Assembly: GCA_964581815.1 (NCBI GenBank)
Contig: CAZORE010000010.1
Span: forward strand, 34,385-98,384
Origin: an uncultured Streptosporangiaceae bacterium
GTDB taxonomy: Bacteria > Actinomycetota > Actinomycetes > Streptosporangiales > Streptosporangiaceae
Length of the DNA stretch: 64,000 bases
Reading direction: 5' to 3'
The notes under the pieces were generated by a model. The model worked only from the letters and a program-made list of their open reading frames with translations, was not told where the DNA came from and made no database searches. How positions within the stretch are numbered: position 1 is the first letter of the stretch; every line of letters begins with the position of its first letter. Below are positions 56,168-64,000 of the stretch, piece by piece. The position numbers and the translations under genes are program-made.

Positions 56168-57478
56168 TTATGGCATTGCGTCGCGCAGCGCCGCCGGCAG
56201 CAGGTGGCGGTGGGCGTCGAGCAGCTCGTCGCACATCGCGACCGTCTGCGCGGTGGTGAGGGTGGCGGCCGTGTTCGGGTCGAGCAGCGCCGCCTGGTAG
56301 ACGTGATCGCGCGACCCGTCGAGCGCGGCGCGCACGGTCAGCTCCACCACGTTGAGGAAGGTCCGGTTGAGCGCGGCCAGCTGCGGCGGCAGCGCGCCGA
56401 CGGCCACTGGCTTGGGCCCGCCCGCGCCGATCAGGCACGGCACCTCGACGCAGCACTCGTCGGGCAGGCTGGAGATCAGGCCGCCGTTGCGGATGTTCAC
56501 GTGCAGCTCGCGCTCGGTCCCGGTCTCAAGCGAGTGGATGAACTGCGAGGCGAGCTCGTTCTCGAGCGTAAGCTCAAGCGGCTCGTCCGTCGCTAGCTGC
56601 CGTTCCAGCGACTCAAGCTCGCGCAGGTTCTCCTCGGACCGCTCCAGGTAGTCGCCCACGAAGATGCGGAACCGCTCGATCTGGTCGTCATGGTGCATGA
56701 ACCACGGCACGTACTCCGCGGAGTGCTCGCTCGACTCGGTGGGGAAGTAGCCGAACCGGCGGTAGATCTCGACCCGTACCCGCCGCTGCAGCTCGGGCGA
56801 GGACTCGATGACCTCGGCGAGCCGCGGGTACAGCGACTCGCCGTCCTGCTCGAAGCGCAGCACGAACGCCTGGTGGTTGAATCCCGCGGTGGTGAAGCGC
56901 ACCCGCTCCGGGTCGGCGCCCACGAGCTGCGTGAGGAAGGCCTGGGTGTCGCGGACCGAGTGGCACAGGCCGTACACCCGCTCGAACCCCGCACCCTCAT
57001 AGGCGGCCCAGGGGAGCATCGCCATCGGGTTGCTGTAGCTGAGCAGGTAGGCGTCCGGGCATACCTCGTTCATGTCCCGCGCCAGGTCGACCACGACGGG
57101 GATGGTGCGCAGGCCGCGGAAGATGCCGCCGATGCCGAGGGTGTCGCCGATCGTCTGGCGCAGTCCGTACCTGGCGGGAATGTCGAAGTCGGCGCGGGTG
57201 GCCGTGTACCCGCCGACCTGCACCTCGTTGATCACGTAGGTGGCGCCCGCGAGCGCGGTGCGGCGGTCCCTGGTCGTGGTCACCGTGGCCTGCGCGCCGG
57301 TCTGCGCGGAGATCCTGCGCACCAGCCGCTCCGCGTGCGCCAGCCGCTCGGCGCTGATGTCGTAGAGCACGAAGTGCAGCCCGCCGCGGAACTCCGGGTA
57401 ACTGCACAGGTCAGTGGTCACGTTACGGGTGAACTCAACGCTTCCAGCACCAATGAAGGCCAGTTTAATCACGCTCAT
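56168..57478 (-). CDS. GH4 NAD+/Mn2+-dependent glycosidase (alpha-galactosidase-like)
   Basis: IGAGSVEF, QTIGDTLGIGGIFRGLRT, YSNPMA, GLCHSV, AGFNHQAF, TESSEH, CCVEVPC. Confidence 0.9.
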   Translation of the reverse strand: MSVIKLAFIGAGSVEFTRNVTTDLCSYPEFRGGLHFVLYDISAERLAHAERLVRRISAQTGAQATVTTTRDRRTALAGATYVINEVQVGGYTATRADFDIPARYGLRQTIGDTLGIGGIFRGLRTIPVVVDLARDMNEVCPDAYLLSYSNPMAMLPWAAYEGAGFERVYGLCHSVRDTQAFLTQLVGADPERVRFTTAGFNHQAFVLRFEQDGESLYPRLAEVIESSPELQRRVRVEIYRRFGYFPTESSEHSAEYVPWFMHHDDQIERFRIFVGDYLERSEENLRELESLERQLATDEPLELTLENELASQFIHSLETGTERELHVNIRNGGLISSLPDECCVEVPCLIGAGGPKPVAVGALPPQLAALNRTFLNVVELTVRAALDGSRDHVYQAALLDPNTAATLTTAQTVAMCDELLDAHRHLLPAALRDAMP

Positions 57479-57500
57479 TAGTGTTCCATGGCGACTAGTT

Positions 57501-57522
57501 TCTTGCAAGATCTTGCATCTTG
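57501..57522. promoter_or_regulatory. Operator-like palindrome TGCAAGATCTTGCA with tandem TCTTG(CA) repeats
   Basis: Perfect 14-bp palindrome 57504-57517 overlapping TCTTGCAAGA (57501-57510), between the divergent GH4 and ABC genes. Confidence 0.6.
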
Positions 57523-57589
57523 TCCCGGTTTGCCTGCACAATGCTGCTCAATTGGTGAGCGGTGAGTGCATCTTCGAGCGGAGTGCGAC

Positions 57590-58912
57590 ATGACCAGCGC
57601 AAGGAAAAGGCGTGGAGCCCTGGCAGGGCTCGCCGCGCTCACGGCGACGGCCCTGGCAGTCGCGGGCTGCGGTACGGACGCCAACGGCGGCGGGTCGTCG
57701 TCGGCGTCGGGATCCTCGTCAAGCACAATTCAGATCTGGGAGGGCTGGACCGGCCAGGAGGCCAAGACGTTCGCCAAGCTGGTCTCCCAGTACGAGGCGC
57801 AGCACCCAGGGCAGAAGGTGCAGTCGCTCTACGTCAACAACGACGACACGCTGCAGAAGGTGCTGACCGCGGTGAAGGGCGGCAGCCCGCCCGACATCGC
57901 CTACCTCTACGGCTCCTGGGCGCCCAACGTCGCGCAGATCCCCCAGGTCGTCGACCTGACCAAGGTGGTGCAGCAGGCCGGGGTCAACTGGAGCGACTTC
58001 TTCACCGGCGAGCGGGACGTGGCCACCGTCAACGGCAAGGTGATCGGCATCCCGGCGCTGGTGGACAACCTGGCCGTGGTCTACAACAAGAAGCTGTTCG
58101 CCCAGGCCGGCCTGCCGGTGCCCACCGCGAACTGGACCTGGCAGGACTTCGTCACCGACGCGCAGAAGCTGACCAACGCGACGGCCAAGCAGTACGGCAC
58201 CGTCTACGTCACCCCCGGCACCGAGGACACGGTCTGGCACTGGGAGGCGCTCCTCTGGGAGGCCGGCGGCAGCCTGCTGACGGCCGACAACAAGCAGGCG
58301 GCGTTCAACTCCGCGGCCGGGCTTGAGTCGCTCAACACGCTGCGGACCATGGCCGTCACTAACAAGTCGATGTACTTCGACCCGACCGACGAGGCCTACA
58401 CCAACCTGTTCAACTCGGGCAAGATCGGCATGCTGGTCACCGGGCCGTGGGACCTGTCCGCGTTCCCCGACGTGGACTACGGCGTGCAGGTCATGCCGTC
58501 TTACTCAGGCAGCAGCGCCGGGCACCAGACCATCTCCGGGCCGGACAACTGGGTCGTGTTCAACAACGGCAGCAGCCAGGTCAGCGCGGCGGAGCAGTTC
58601 CTGCTCTGGCTCACCGCGCCGGCCCAGGTCAAGACCTGGTCGCTGCAGACCGGAGACCTGCCGACCAGGGCCTCGGTGGCCGACGCGTCCGGGTTCGGCG
58701 AGCAGATGAACTCGCAGTTGCCTGGGGTGAGCACGTTCGTCACCAACCTGAGCAACGTCAAGCAGGCTCGCCCGCAGATCACCCAGTACCCGGCGATCTC
58801 CACGATCCTCGGCAACATGGTGCTGTCCGTGCTGCTCGGCAAGTCGACCCCGCAGGCCGCCCTGGCGTCGGCGTCCACCCAGGTCAACCAGGCCCTGGCG
58901 TCGGGAAGCTGA
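57590..58912 (+). CDS. Sugar ABC transporter substrate-binding lipoprotein
   Basis: Lipobox LAVAGC; GGSPPDIA, YNKKLFAQAG, FNSGKIGMLVTGPW. Confidence 0.92.
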   Translation: MTSARKRRGALAGLAALTATALAVAGCGTDANGGGSSSASGSSSSTIQIWEGWTGQEAKTFAKLVSQYEAQHPGQKVQSLYVNNDDTLQKVLTAVKGGSPPDIAYLYGSWAPNVAQIPQVVDLTKVVQQAGVNWSDFFTGERDVATVNGKVIGIPALVDNLAVVYNKKLFAQAGLPVPTANWTWQDFVTDAQKLTNATAKQYGTVYVTPGTEDTVWHWEALLWEAGGSLLTADNKQAAFNSAAGLESLNTLRTMAVTNKSMYFDPTDEAYTNLFNSGKIGMLVTGPWDLSAFPDVDYGVQVMPSYSGSSAGHQTISGPDNWVVFNNGSSQVSAAEQFLLWLTAPAQVKTWSLQTGDLPTRASVADASGFGEQMNSQLPGVSTFVTNLSNVKQARPQITQYPAISTILGNMVLSVLLGKSTPQAALASASTQVNQALASGS

Positions 58913-58914
58913 GC

Positions 58915-59853
58915 ATGACCGCGAACACGGTGGCCCGGCCCGGCGCACGCCGGGCCGGGCGGGCCGGCCTGGTGCGCCGGGCGCTGGACTCCGAGCAGTT
59001 CAACGGGTGGGCCTTCGTCACCCCGGGCGTGGCCGTCATCCTGCTGTTCGGCGCGGCGCCGATCGTCTGGTCGGCGGTGATGTCGTTCCAGAAGTCCTCG
59101 CTGTTCGGCTCGAGCGCGTTCGTCGGCCTGGCCAATTACCGCAAGATGGCGCACGATCCGGTCGTGGGCGAGGCGATACAGCACACGCTGATCTACACCG
59201 CGCTGTTCGTGCCGGGCACGATGATCGTCGGACTGTTCCTCGCCGTGGCGATGAACAGGAAGATCCGCGGCATCACGATCTACCGGACCGCCGCCTACGC
59301 GACGATGGCCATCTCGACCATCAGCGAGGCCATCGTCTTCATCTGGCTCTTCGACCCCTCCTACGGGATCGTCAACTACGCCTTCAGCGCCGTCGGGCTG
59401 CCGCAGCAGCAGTTCCTCAACTCGCCGTCCGAGGCGCTGTACGTGATCGTGGCGATGACCATCTGGGGCTGGACCGGCTTCGCCGTGGTGGTCTACCTGG
59501 CGGCGCTGCAGGGGGTGCCGCAGTCGCTGCTCGAGGCGGCGTCCATCGACGGCGCGGGACCGTGGCGGGCGTTCCGCCGGGTCACCCTGCCGCTGCTCAG
59601 CCCGGCCACGCTGTTCCTCGCGGTCTGGCTCACGATCAACGCGCTGCAGCTGTTCGACGAGGTCTACCTGAGCACCCAGGGCGGACCGCTCAACGCGACC
59701 ACCGTCCTCGTCTACTACCTCTACAACCAGGCCTTCGAGCAGTTCAACTTCGGCTACGCGTCCGCCATCGCGTACTTCCTGTTCCTCGTCATCATCGTGG
59801 TCACGGTCATCCAGTTCCGGGTGGGCCGTCGGTTCACGTACTACCGGTCATGA
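58915..59853 (+). CDS. Sugar ABC transporter permease
   Basis: FVGLANY; EAA motif LQGVPQSLLEAASIDGA...VTLPLL. Confidence 0.92.
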   Translation: MTANTVARPGARRAGRAGLVRRALDSEQFNGWAFVTPGVAVILLFGAAPIVWSAVMSFQKSSLFGSSAFVGLANYRKMAHDPVVGEAIQHTLIYTALFVPGTMIVGLFLAVAMNRKIRGITIYRTAAYATMAISTISEAIVFIWLFDPSYGIVNYAFSAVGLPQQQFLNSPSEALYVIVAMTIWGWTGFAVVVYLAALQGVPQSLLEAASIDGAGPWRAFRRVTLPLLSPATLFLAVWLTINALQLFDEVYLSTQGGPLNATTVLVYYLYNQAFEQFNFGYASAIAYFLFLVIIVVTVIQFRVGRRFTYYRS

Positions 59854-60767
59854 GCGCGACCTCCGCGCCCGCCCGCGGCGACCTGCGGCCGGGCGCCACC
59901 CACGGCAGCCCGGCGACCCGGCGGCGGCGGCGCCTGCCGTTCAGCCCGTGGCACCTAGTGCTCATCCCGGCCACGATCGCGCTCATCTTCCCGTTCGCCT
60001 GGCTGCTTATCACCTCGGTGGAGACGCCGTCGGAGACGCTGCACTTCCCGCCGATCCTCTTCCCGCACACGATCAGGCTCGCCAACTACTCCGACGCGCT
60101 GGCGACCGCGCCGTTCGTCCGCTTCCTGGCCAACAGCGCCGTGGTGGCGGTGGTGACGGTGCTGTGCAACCTGGTGCTGTGCACGCTGGCCGGGTACGCC
60201 TTCGCCCGGTTCCGGTTCCTCGGCCGTACCGCTCTGTTCGCGGTCATCATGGCCACGCTCATGGTGCCGTTCCAGGTGACGATGATCCCGCAGTTCATCA
60301 TCACGAAGTGGCTGGGCGTGCACGTGCTCGCCGCGGTCGGCATCAACCACATCGGCGCGCTCATCCTGCCTAACGCGGCCACCGCGTTCGGCATCTTCTT
60401 CCTGCGCCAGTTCTTCCGCACGCTGCCGATCGAGTACGAGGAATCCGCCCGGGTGGACGGGGCGAGCAGGCTCACGGTGCTCGTCCGGGTCGTGCTGCCG
60501 CTGGCCACCCCGCCGCTCGCCACGCTCGCCGCGCTGACGTTCCTCGATTCCTGGAACAACTTCCTGTGGCCGCTCATCGCCGTCACCTCGACCAACCAGA
60601 TGACGCTGCCGCTTGGCCTGGCCACTTTCCAGGGAGCGCACGCGACGGAATGGAACCTGCTGATGGCGGCCAACGTGATGAGCCTGGTGCCCATGCTGGC
60701 GGTCTTCTTCTTTGCGCAGCGCTACTTCATCAGGTCGGTCGCCGCTACCGGGCTCGCCGGGACGTGA
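59850..60767 (+). CDS. Sugar ABC transporter permease
   Basis: AGYAFARFRF; LPIEYEESARVDGAS; WNNFLWPL. Confidence 0.92.
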   Translation: MSATSAPARGDLRPGATHGSPATRRRRRLPFSPWHLVLIPATIALIFPFAWLLITSVETPSETLHFPPILFPHTIRLANYSDALATAPFVRFLANSAVVAVVTVLCNLVLCTLAGYAFARFRFLGRTALFAVIMATLMVPFQVTMIPQFIITKWLGVHVLAAVGINHIGALILPNAATAFGIFFLRQFFRTLPIEYEESARVDGASRLTVLVRVVLPLATPPLATLAALTFLDSWNNFLWPLIAVTSTNQMTLPLGLATFQGAHATEWNLLMAANVMSLVPMLAVFFFAQRYFIRSVAATGLAGT

Positions 60768-60846
60768 GCGTACTACGGCAGCGGAACGTACCCAGGAAAC
60801 GCGCATTCGAGTGGAGATCAATTCAGTGATGAGCAAGGAGGCCTCA

Positions 60847-61773
60847 GTGACGCAGGAGCAGGCAGTGGCGGGCGTTCGCACGGAGCGGGAGATCGCCTCG
60901 CAACCCGGCTGCTGGCGCCAGGCCGCCGGACTGGCGGCGGACGCGGCGGTAGTGCTGCCGGCGCCTGGTGAGCGGGTCGCGGTGGTCGGCTGCGGCACCT
61001 CGTGGTTCATCGCGCAGTCCTACGCGGCGGCCAGGGAGGAGTCAGGCCTGGGCGAAACCGACGCGTTCAGCGCCTCGGAGATGCCGCGCGGACGGCGCTA
61101 TGACCGCACGCTGTTCCTGTCCAGGTCGGGCACCACCACAGAAATTCTAGAAGCAGCGGAACGGGTTCGCGGTACCAGCCGCACCGTCGCAATCACCGCC
61201 GATGCGCGGACCCCGGTGGGAATGGTCGTGGACGACATGATCGAACTCGCCTTCGCCGACGAAGAGTCCGTGGTGCAGACCCGGTTCGCGACCACGGAAC
61301 TCGCCCTGCTCCGCGCACACCTGGGAGCTGACATCGAGCCGTCGGCACGGGCTGCGGAGCGGGTGCTCCTTGAGCCGGTCGCGCCGGAGCTGCTCGCCGC
61401 CCGCCAGTTCACCTTCCTCGGCACCGGCTGGACCTATGGCCTGGCAAACGAGGCGGCACTGAAGCTGCGTGAGTCGGCCGGCCTGTGGACCGAGTCCTAC
61501 CCCGCGATGGAGTACCGGCACGGCCCGGCCGCGGTGACCGGCAAGCACAGCGTCGTCTGGGTGCTCGGGCCGGCGCCCGCCGGGCTCGCCGACGACATCG
61601 CGCTGGCCGGCGGGCTCGCCTGGGTCGTCGATGAGGACCCGATGGCCGCGCTTGTCCGGGTGCACCTCCTCGCACTGGCCAAGGCGCGGGCGGCGGGCCT
61701 CGACCCCGACCAGCCGCGGAACCTGACCCGCTCGGTGATCCTCACGCCCGCGGGGCCGGGCCGGACATCATGA
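60847..61773 (+). CDS. SIS-domain sugar-phosphate isomerase/deaminase (AgaS-like)
   Basis: EIASQP, GCGTS, SRSGTTTE, SVVQTRF, EAALKLRE, EYRHGP, PRNLTRSV; AAGGAGG RBS. Confidence 0.82.
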   Translation: MTQEQAVAGVRTEREIASQPGCWRQAAGLAADAAVVLPAPGERVAVVGCGTSWFIAQSYAAAREESGLGETDAFSASEMPRGRRYDRTLFLSRSGTTTEILEAAERVRGTSRTVAITADARTPVGMVVDDMIELAFADEESVVQTRFATTELALLRAHLGADIEPSARAAERVLLEPVAPELLAARQFTFLGTGWTYGLANEAALKLRESAGLWTESYPAMEYRHGPAAVTGKHSVVWVLGPAPAGLADDIALAGGLAWVVDEDPMAALVRVHLLALAKARAAGLDPDQPRNLTRSVILTPAGPGRTS

Positions 61774-62759
61774 TCCTTGTCGTCTGCCTCAATCCGGCGC
61801 TCGACATCACCCACCAGGTGGAGCGCGTGGACTGGGCGGGGGTGAACCGGCCGTCTGTCGTCTATGACCGCCCCGGCGGCAAGGGCACGAACGTCGCGAG
61901 AACCCTGCACTCGTTCGGTATCGAGGTTCTGTTGACCGGCCTGGCCGGCGGAACCACCGGCAGCGCGGTGGGTGCGGGGCTGCGCCGGCTGGGGGTGCCC
62001 GCGGCCTTCGCGCCGGCCGGCGGGGAGACCCGGCGCACCTTCAGCGTGGTCGACGGCCGCGGGCGCGTCGCGCTGTTCAACGAGCCCGGTCCCCGGGTCG
62101 GGGACGTCGAGTTCAAGCGGTTCCTGGCCGATTACGACGCCGCCCTGGCCGGCGCCTCGGTCGTGGTGCTGTCCGGCAGCCTGCCGCCGGGTGTGCCGTC
62201 CGACGCCTACGCCGGGCTGATCGCGGCAGCCACCAGGGCTGGCGTCCCTGCGGTGCTCGACACGTCGGGCGAGGCGCTGCGCGCGGGCGTGGCCGCGGGT
62301 CCCGCCATCGTCAAGCCGAACCTCGACGAGCTCGCCGCGCTTACCGTGCGGTCGCTGCGCACCCCCGATGGCGGGATCGACCTGATCGCGGTGACCGCGG
62401 CCGCCTGCTCGCTGCGGACGGCGGGCGCGCAGGCGGTCGTCGTCTCCCTAGGGCCGGACGGCCTGCTTGCCGTGACCGGCGACGGCTGCTGGCAGGCGCG
62501 GCCGACGGCCGTGCTCGCGGGCAACGCTACCGGCGCGGGCGACGCGGCGACCGCCGCCCTGGCCCACGGCCTGCTGCTTGGCCGGCCGTGGCCGGAGCGT
62601 ATCGCGCACGCGGCCGCCCTCGGCGCCGCGGCCGTCGCCGCGCCGGTCGCGGGGGAGTTCAGCCACGCCGACTACGCGGCGGGCCTGGCCGCGGTGACGG
62701 CGACCGAGCTGACGGTGTTCAGGGACGCCGCGAGTGCTCAGCCGGAAGGGGGACGCTGA
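61770..62759 (+). CDS. PfkB-family hexose-phosphate kinase (1-phosphofructokinase / tagatose-6-phosphate kinase-like)
   Basis: LNPALD, GGKGTNVA, LSGSLP, VKPNLDEL, NATGAGDA. Confidence 0.9.
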   Translation: MILVVCLNPALDITHQVERVDWAGVNRPSVVYDRPGGKGTNVARTLHSFGIEVLLTGLAGGTTGSAVGAGLRRLGVPAAFAPAGGETRRTFSVVDGRGRVALFNEPGPRVGDVEFKRFLADYDAALAGASVVVLSGSLPPGVPSDAYAGLIAAATRAGVPAVLDTSGEALRAGVAAGPAIVKPNLDELAALTVRSLRTPDGGIDLIAVTAAACSLRTAGAQAVVVSLGPDGLLAVTGDGCWQARPTAVLAGNATGAGDAATAALAHGLLLGRPWPERIAHAAALGAAAVAAPVAGEFSHADYAAGLAAVTATELTVFRDAASAQPEGGR

Positions 62760-63700
62760 TGCCGCTTGCCGCGATGGACGACATCACCGGGCCCGCGCGG
62801 GACGCAGGGTCCGGGGTCGGCGCGTTCAACGTGATCGGCATCGAGCACGCGGAGGCGATCGTCGCGGGCGCCGAGGCTGCCGCCTTCCCGGTCGTGCTGC
62901 AGATTAGCGAGAACTGCGTGGCGTACCACCGCGGGCTCGCCCCGATCGCCGCGGCGTGCCTGGCCCTCGCGCGCGGCGCCGCGGTGCCGGTCGCCGTGCA
63001 CCTGGACCACGCCTCCGACGTGGCGCTCGTCGAGGCCGCGGCCGGGCTCGGGCTCGGCTCGGTCATGTTCGACGCGTCCAGGTTGCCCTACGCCGACAAC
63101 GTCCGCACGACGGCGGACGTCGCGGCGTCGTGCCACCGGCGCGGAGTCTGGGTCGAGGCGGAACTCGGTGAGATCGGCGGCAAGGACGGCGTGCACTCGC
63201 CGCTCGCCCGGACCGATCCCGGCGAGGCGGCCAGCTTCGTCGCGGCGACCGGGGTGGACGCGCTCGCGGTCGCGGTGGGCAGCTCGCACGCCATGGCGAC
63301 TCGCGACGCCGTGCTTGACCTCGGCCTCATCCGTCGGCTGCGCGCGGCGGTCAGCGTGCCGCTCGTGCTGCACGGCTCGTCCGGCGTCCCCGATGAGGAC
63401 CTGACCGCGGCGGTCCGCGCCGGGATGACCAAGGTCAACATCGCGACCCAGCTCAACAAGGTGTTCACTGGTGCCGTACGGCTCGCCTTGTCGGCCCAGC
63501 CGACGACGACCGATCCGCGGAGGTACGGTGCGGCGGGACGAGACGCGGTCGCGGCTGAGGTGGCGCGGCTGCTCCGCCTGCTCGGATCAGGACATAATTC
63601 ACCCAACGCGATGGAAGAGACCGCCGGCGTGCGCGAGCCGGCCGCGAACACGAGCGCGCGGGCAGGAGGCACTGGTGAGCCGCTATCGCCGGTGGAATGA
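62759..63700 (+). CDS. Class II fructose/tagatose-bisphosphate aldolase
   Basis: GAFNV, VHLDH, SVMFDAS, VEAELGEIGG, LAVAVGSSH, LVLHGSSG, KVNIAT. Confidence 0.9.
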   Translation: MPLAAMDDITGPARDAGSGVGAFNVIGIEHAEAIVAGAEAAAFPVVLQISENCVAYHRGLAPIAAACLALARGAAVPVAVHLDHASDVALVEAAAGLGLGSVMFDASRLPYADNVRTTADVAASCHRRGVWVEAELGEIGGKDGVHSPLARTDPGEAASFVAATGVDALAVAVGSSHAMATRDAVLDLGLIRRLRAAVSVPLVLHGSSGVPDEDLTAAVRAGMTKVNIATQLNKVFTGAVRLALSAQPTTTDPRRYGAAGRDAVAAEVARLLRLLGSGHNSPNAMEETAGVREPAANTSARAGGTGEPLSPVE

Positions 63701-64000
63701 CCTGCTGGAGCTGCTGGCAACGGCCGGACAACTCCAGGTGGAGGAGGCGGCGGCCGCGCTTAACGTCTCCCCGGCCACCGTCCGCAGGGACTTCGATGAG
63801 CTGGCCGCTCAGCAGATGCTCACCAGGATCCGGGGCGGCGCGGTCGCGCAGGGACTCAACTACGACCTGCCGCTGCGCTACAAGTCGGAGCGGCACCCGT
63901 CGGAGAAGCAGCGCATCGGGGCGCTGGCCGCCAGCATGGTGCTGGCCGGCCAGGCGGTCGGGCTGAACGGCGGCACCACCACCACCGAGGTGGCCCGGGC
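63675..64000 (+). CDS. DeoR/GlpR-family regulator (AgaR-like), runs off the window
   Basis: From GTG 63675 (AGGAGG RBS): MSRYRRWNDLLELL...LNVSPATVRRDFDEL...TRIRGGAV...EKQRIG...LNGGTTTTEVAR. Confidence 0.9.
   Translation, partial: MSRYRRWNDLLELLATAGQLQVEEAAAALNVSPATVRRDFDELAAQQMLTRIRGGAVAQGLNYDLPLRYKSERHPSEKQRIGALAASMVLAGQAVGLNGGTTTTEVAR

Overview
High-GC actinobacterial chromosome segment; no rRNA, tRNA or CRISPR array was seen. Positions 1-12109 are the conserved housekeeping block ino1-padR / DUF5318-ponA-GT87 / nfo / rpsF-ssb-rpsR-rplI / DnaA-box cluster / dnaB. Eight bp after the dnaB stop codon an 8.7-kb element begins (12118-20799). It has TGT...ACA ends, a 25-bp terminal inverted repeat and three repeated transposase-binding-like sites per end, and it carries a decayed TniQ/TnsD-like gene, an unknown HTH protein, IS relics and cargo. 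I read it as a non-autonomous Tn7-like transposon that apparently uses the dnaB 3' end as attachment site. dnaB also has a 30-codon synonymously recoded, AT-rich patch spanning the classical intein insertion site. The rest is accessory DNA: MarR/TetR/LuxR modules; an ABC exporter pair divergent from a CBS / FHA-IDO-like heme-flavin reductase-cytochrome b5 fusion / MDMPI operon; an S53 peptidase; a DUF2510-PBP; a Pls-type poly-amino-acid synthetase followed by an orphan ectB; an ECF sigma-MGMT alkylation-repair cluster; an MFS transporter with a repeat-expanded loop; and a GH114/GH4/ABC/AgaS-like/tagatose-pathway locus running off the end. All family calls come from motif recognition by eye, not database searches. 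Several starts were moved from the ORF track using RBS or gene-overlap evidence.
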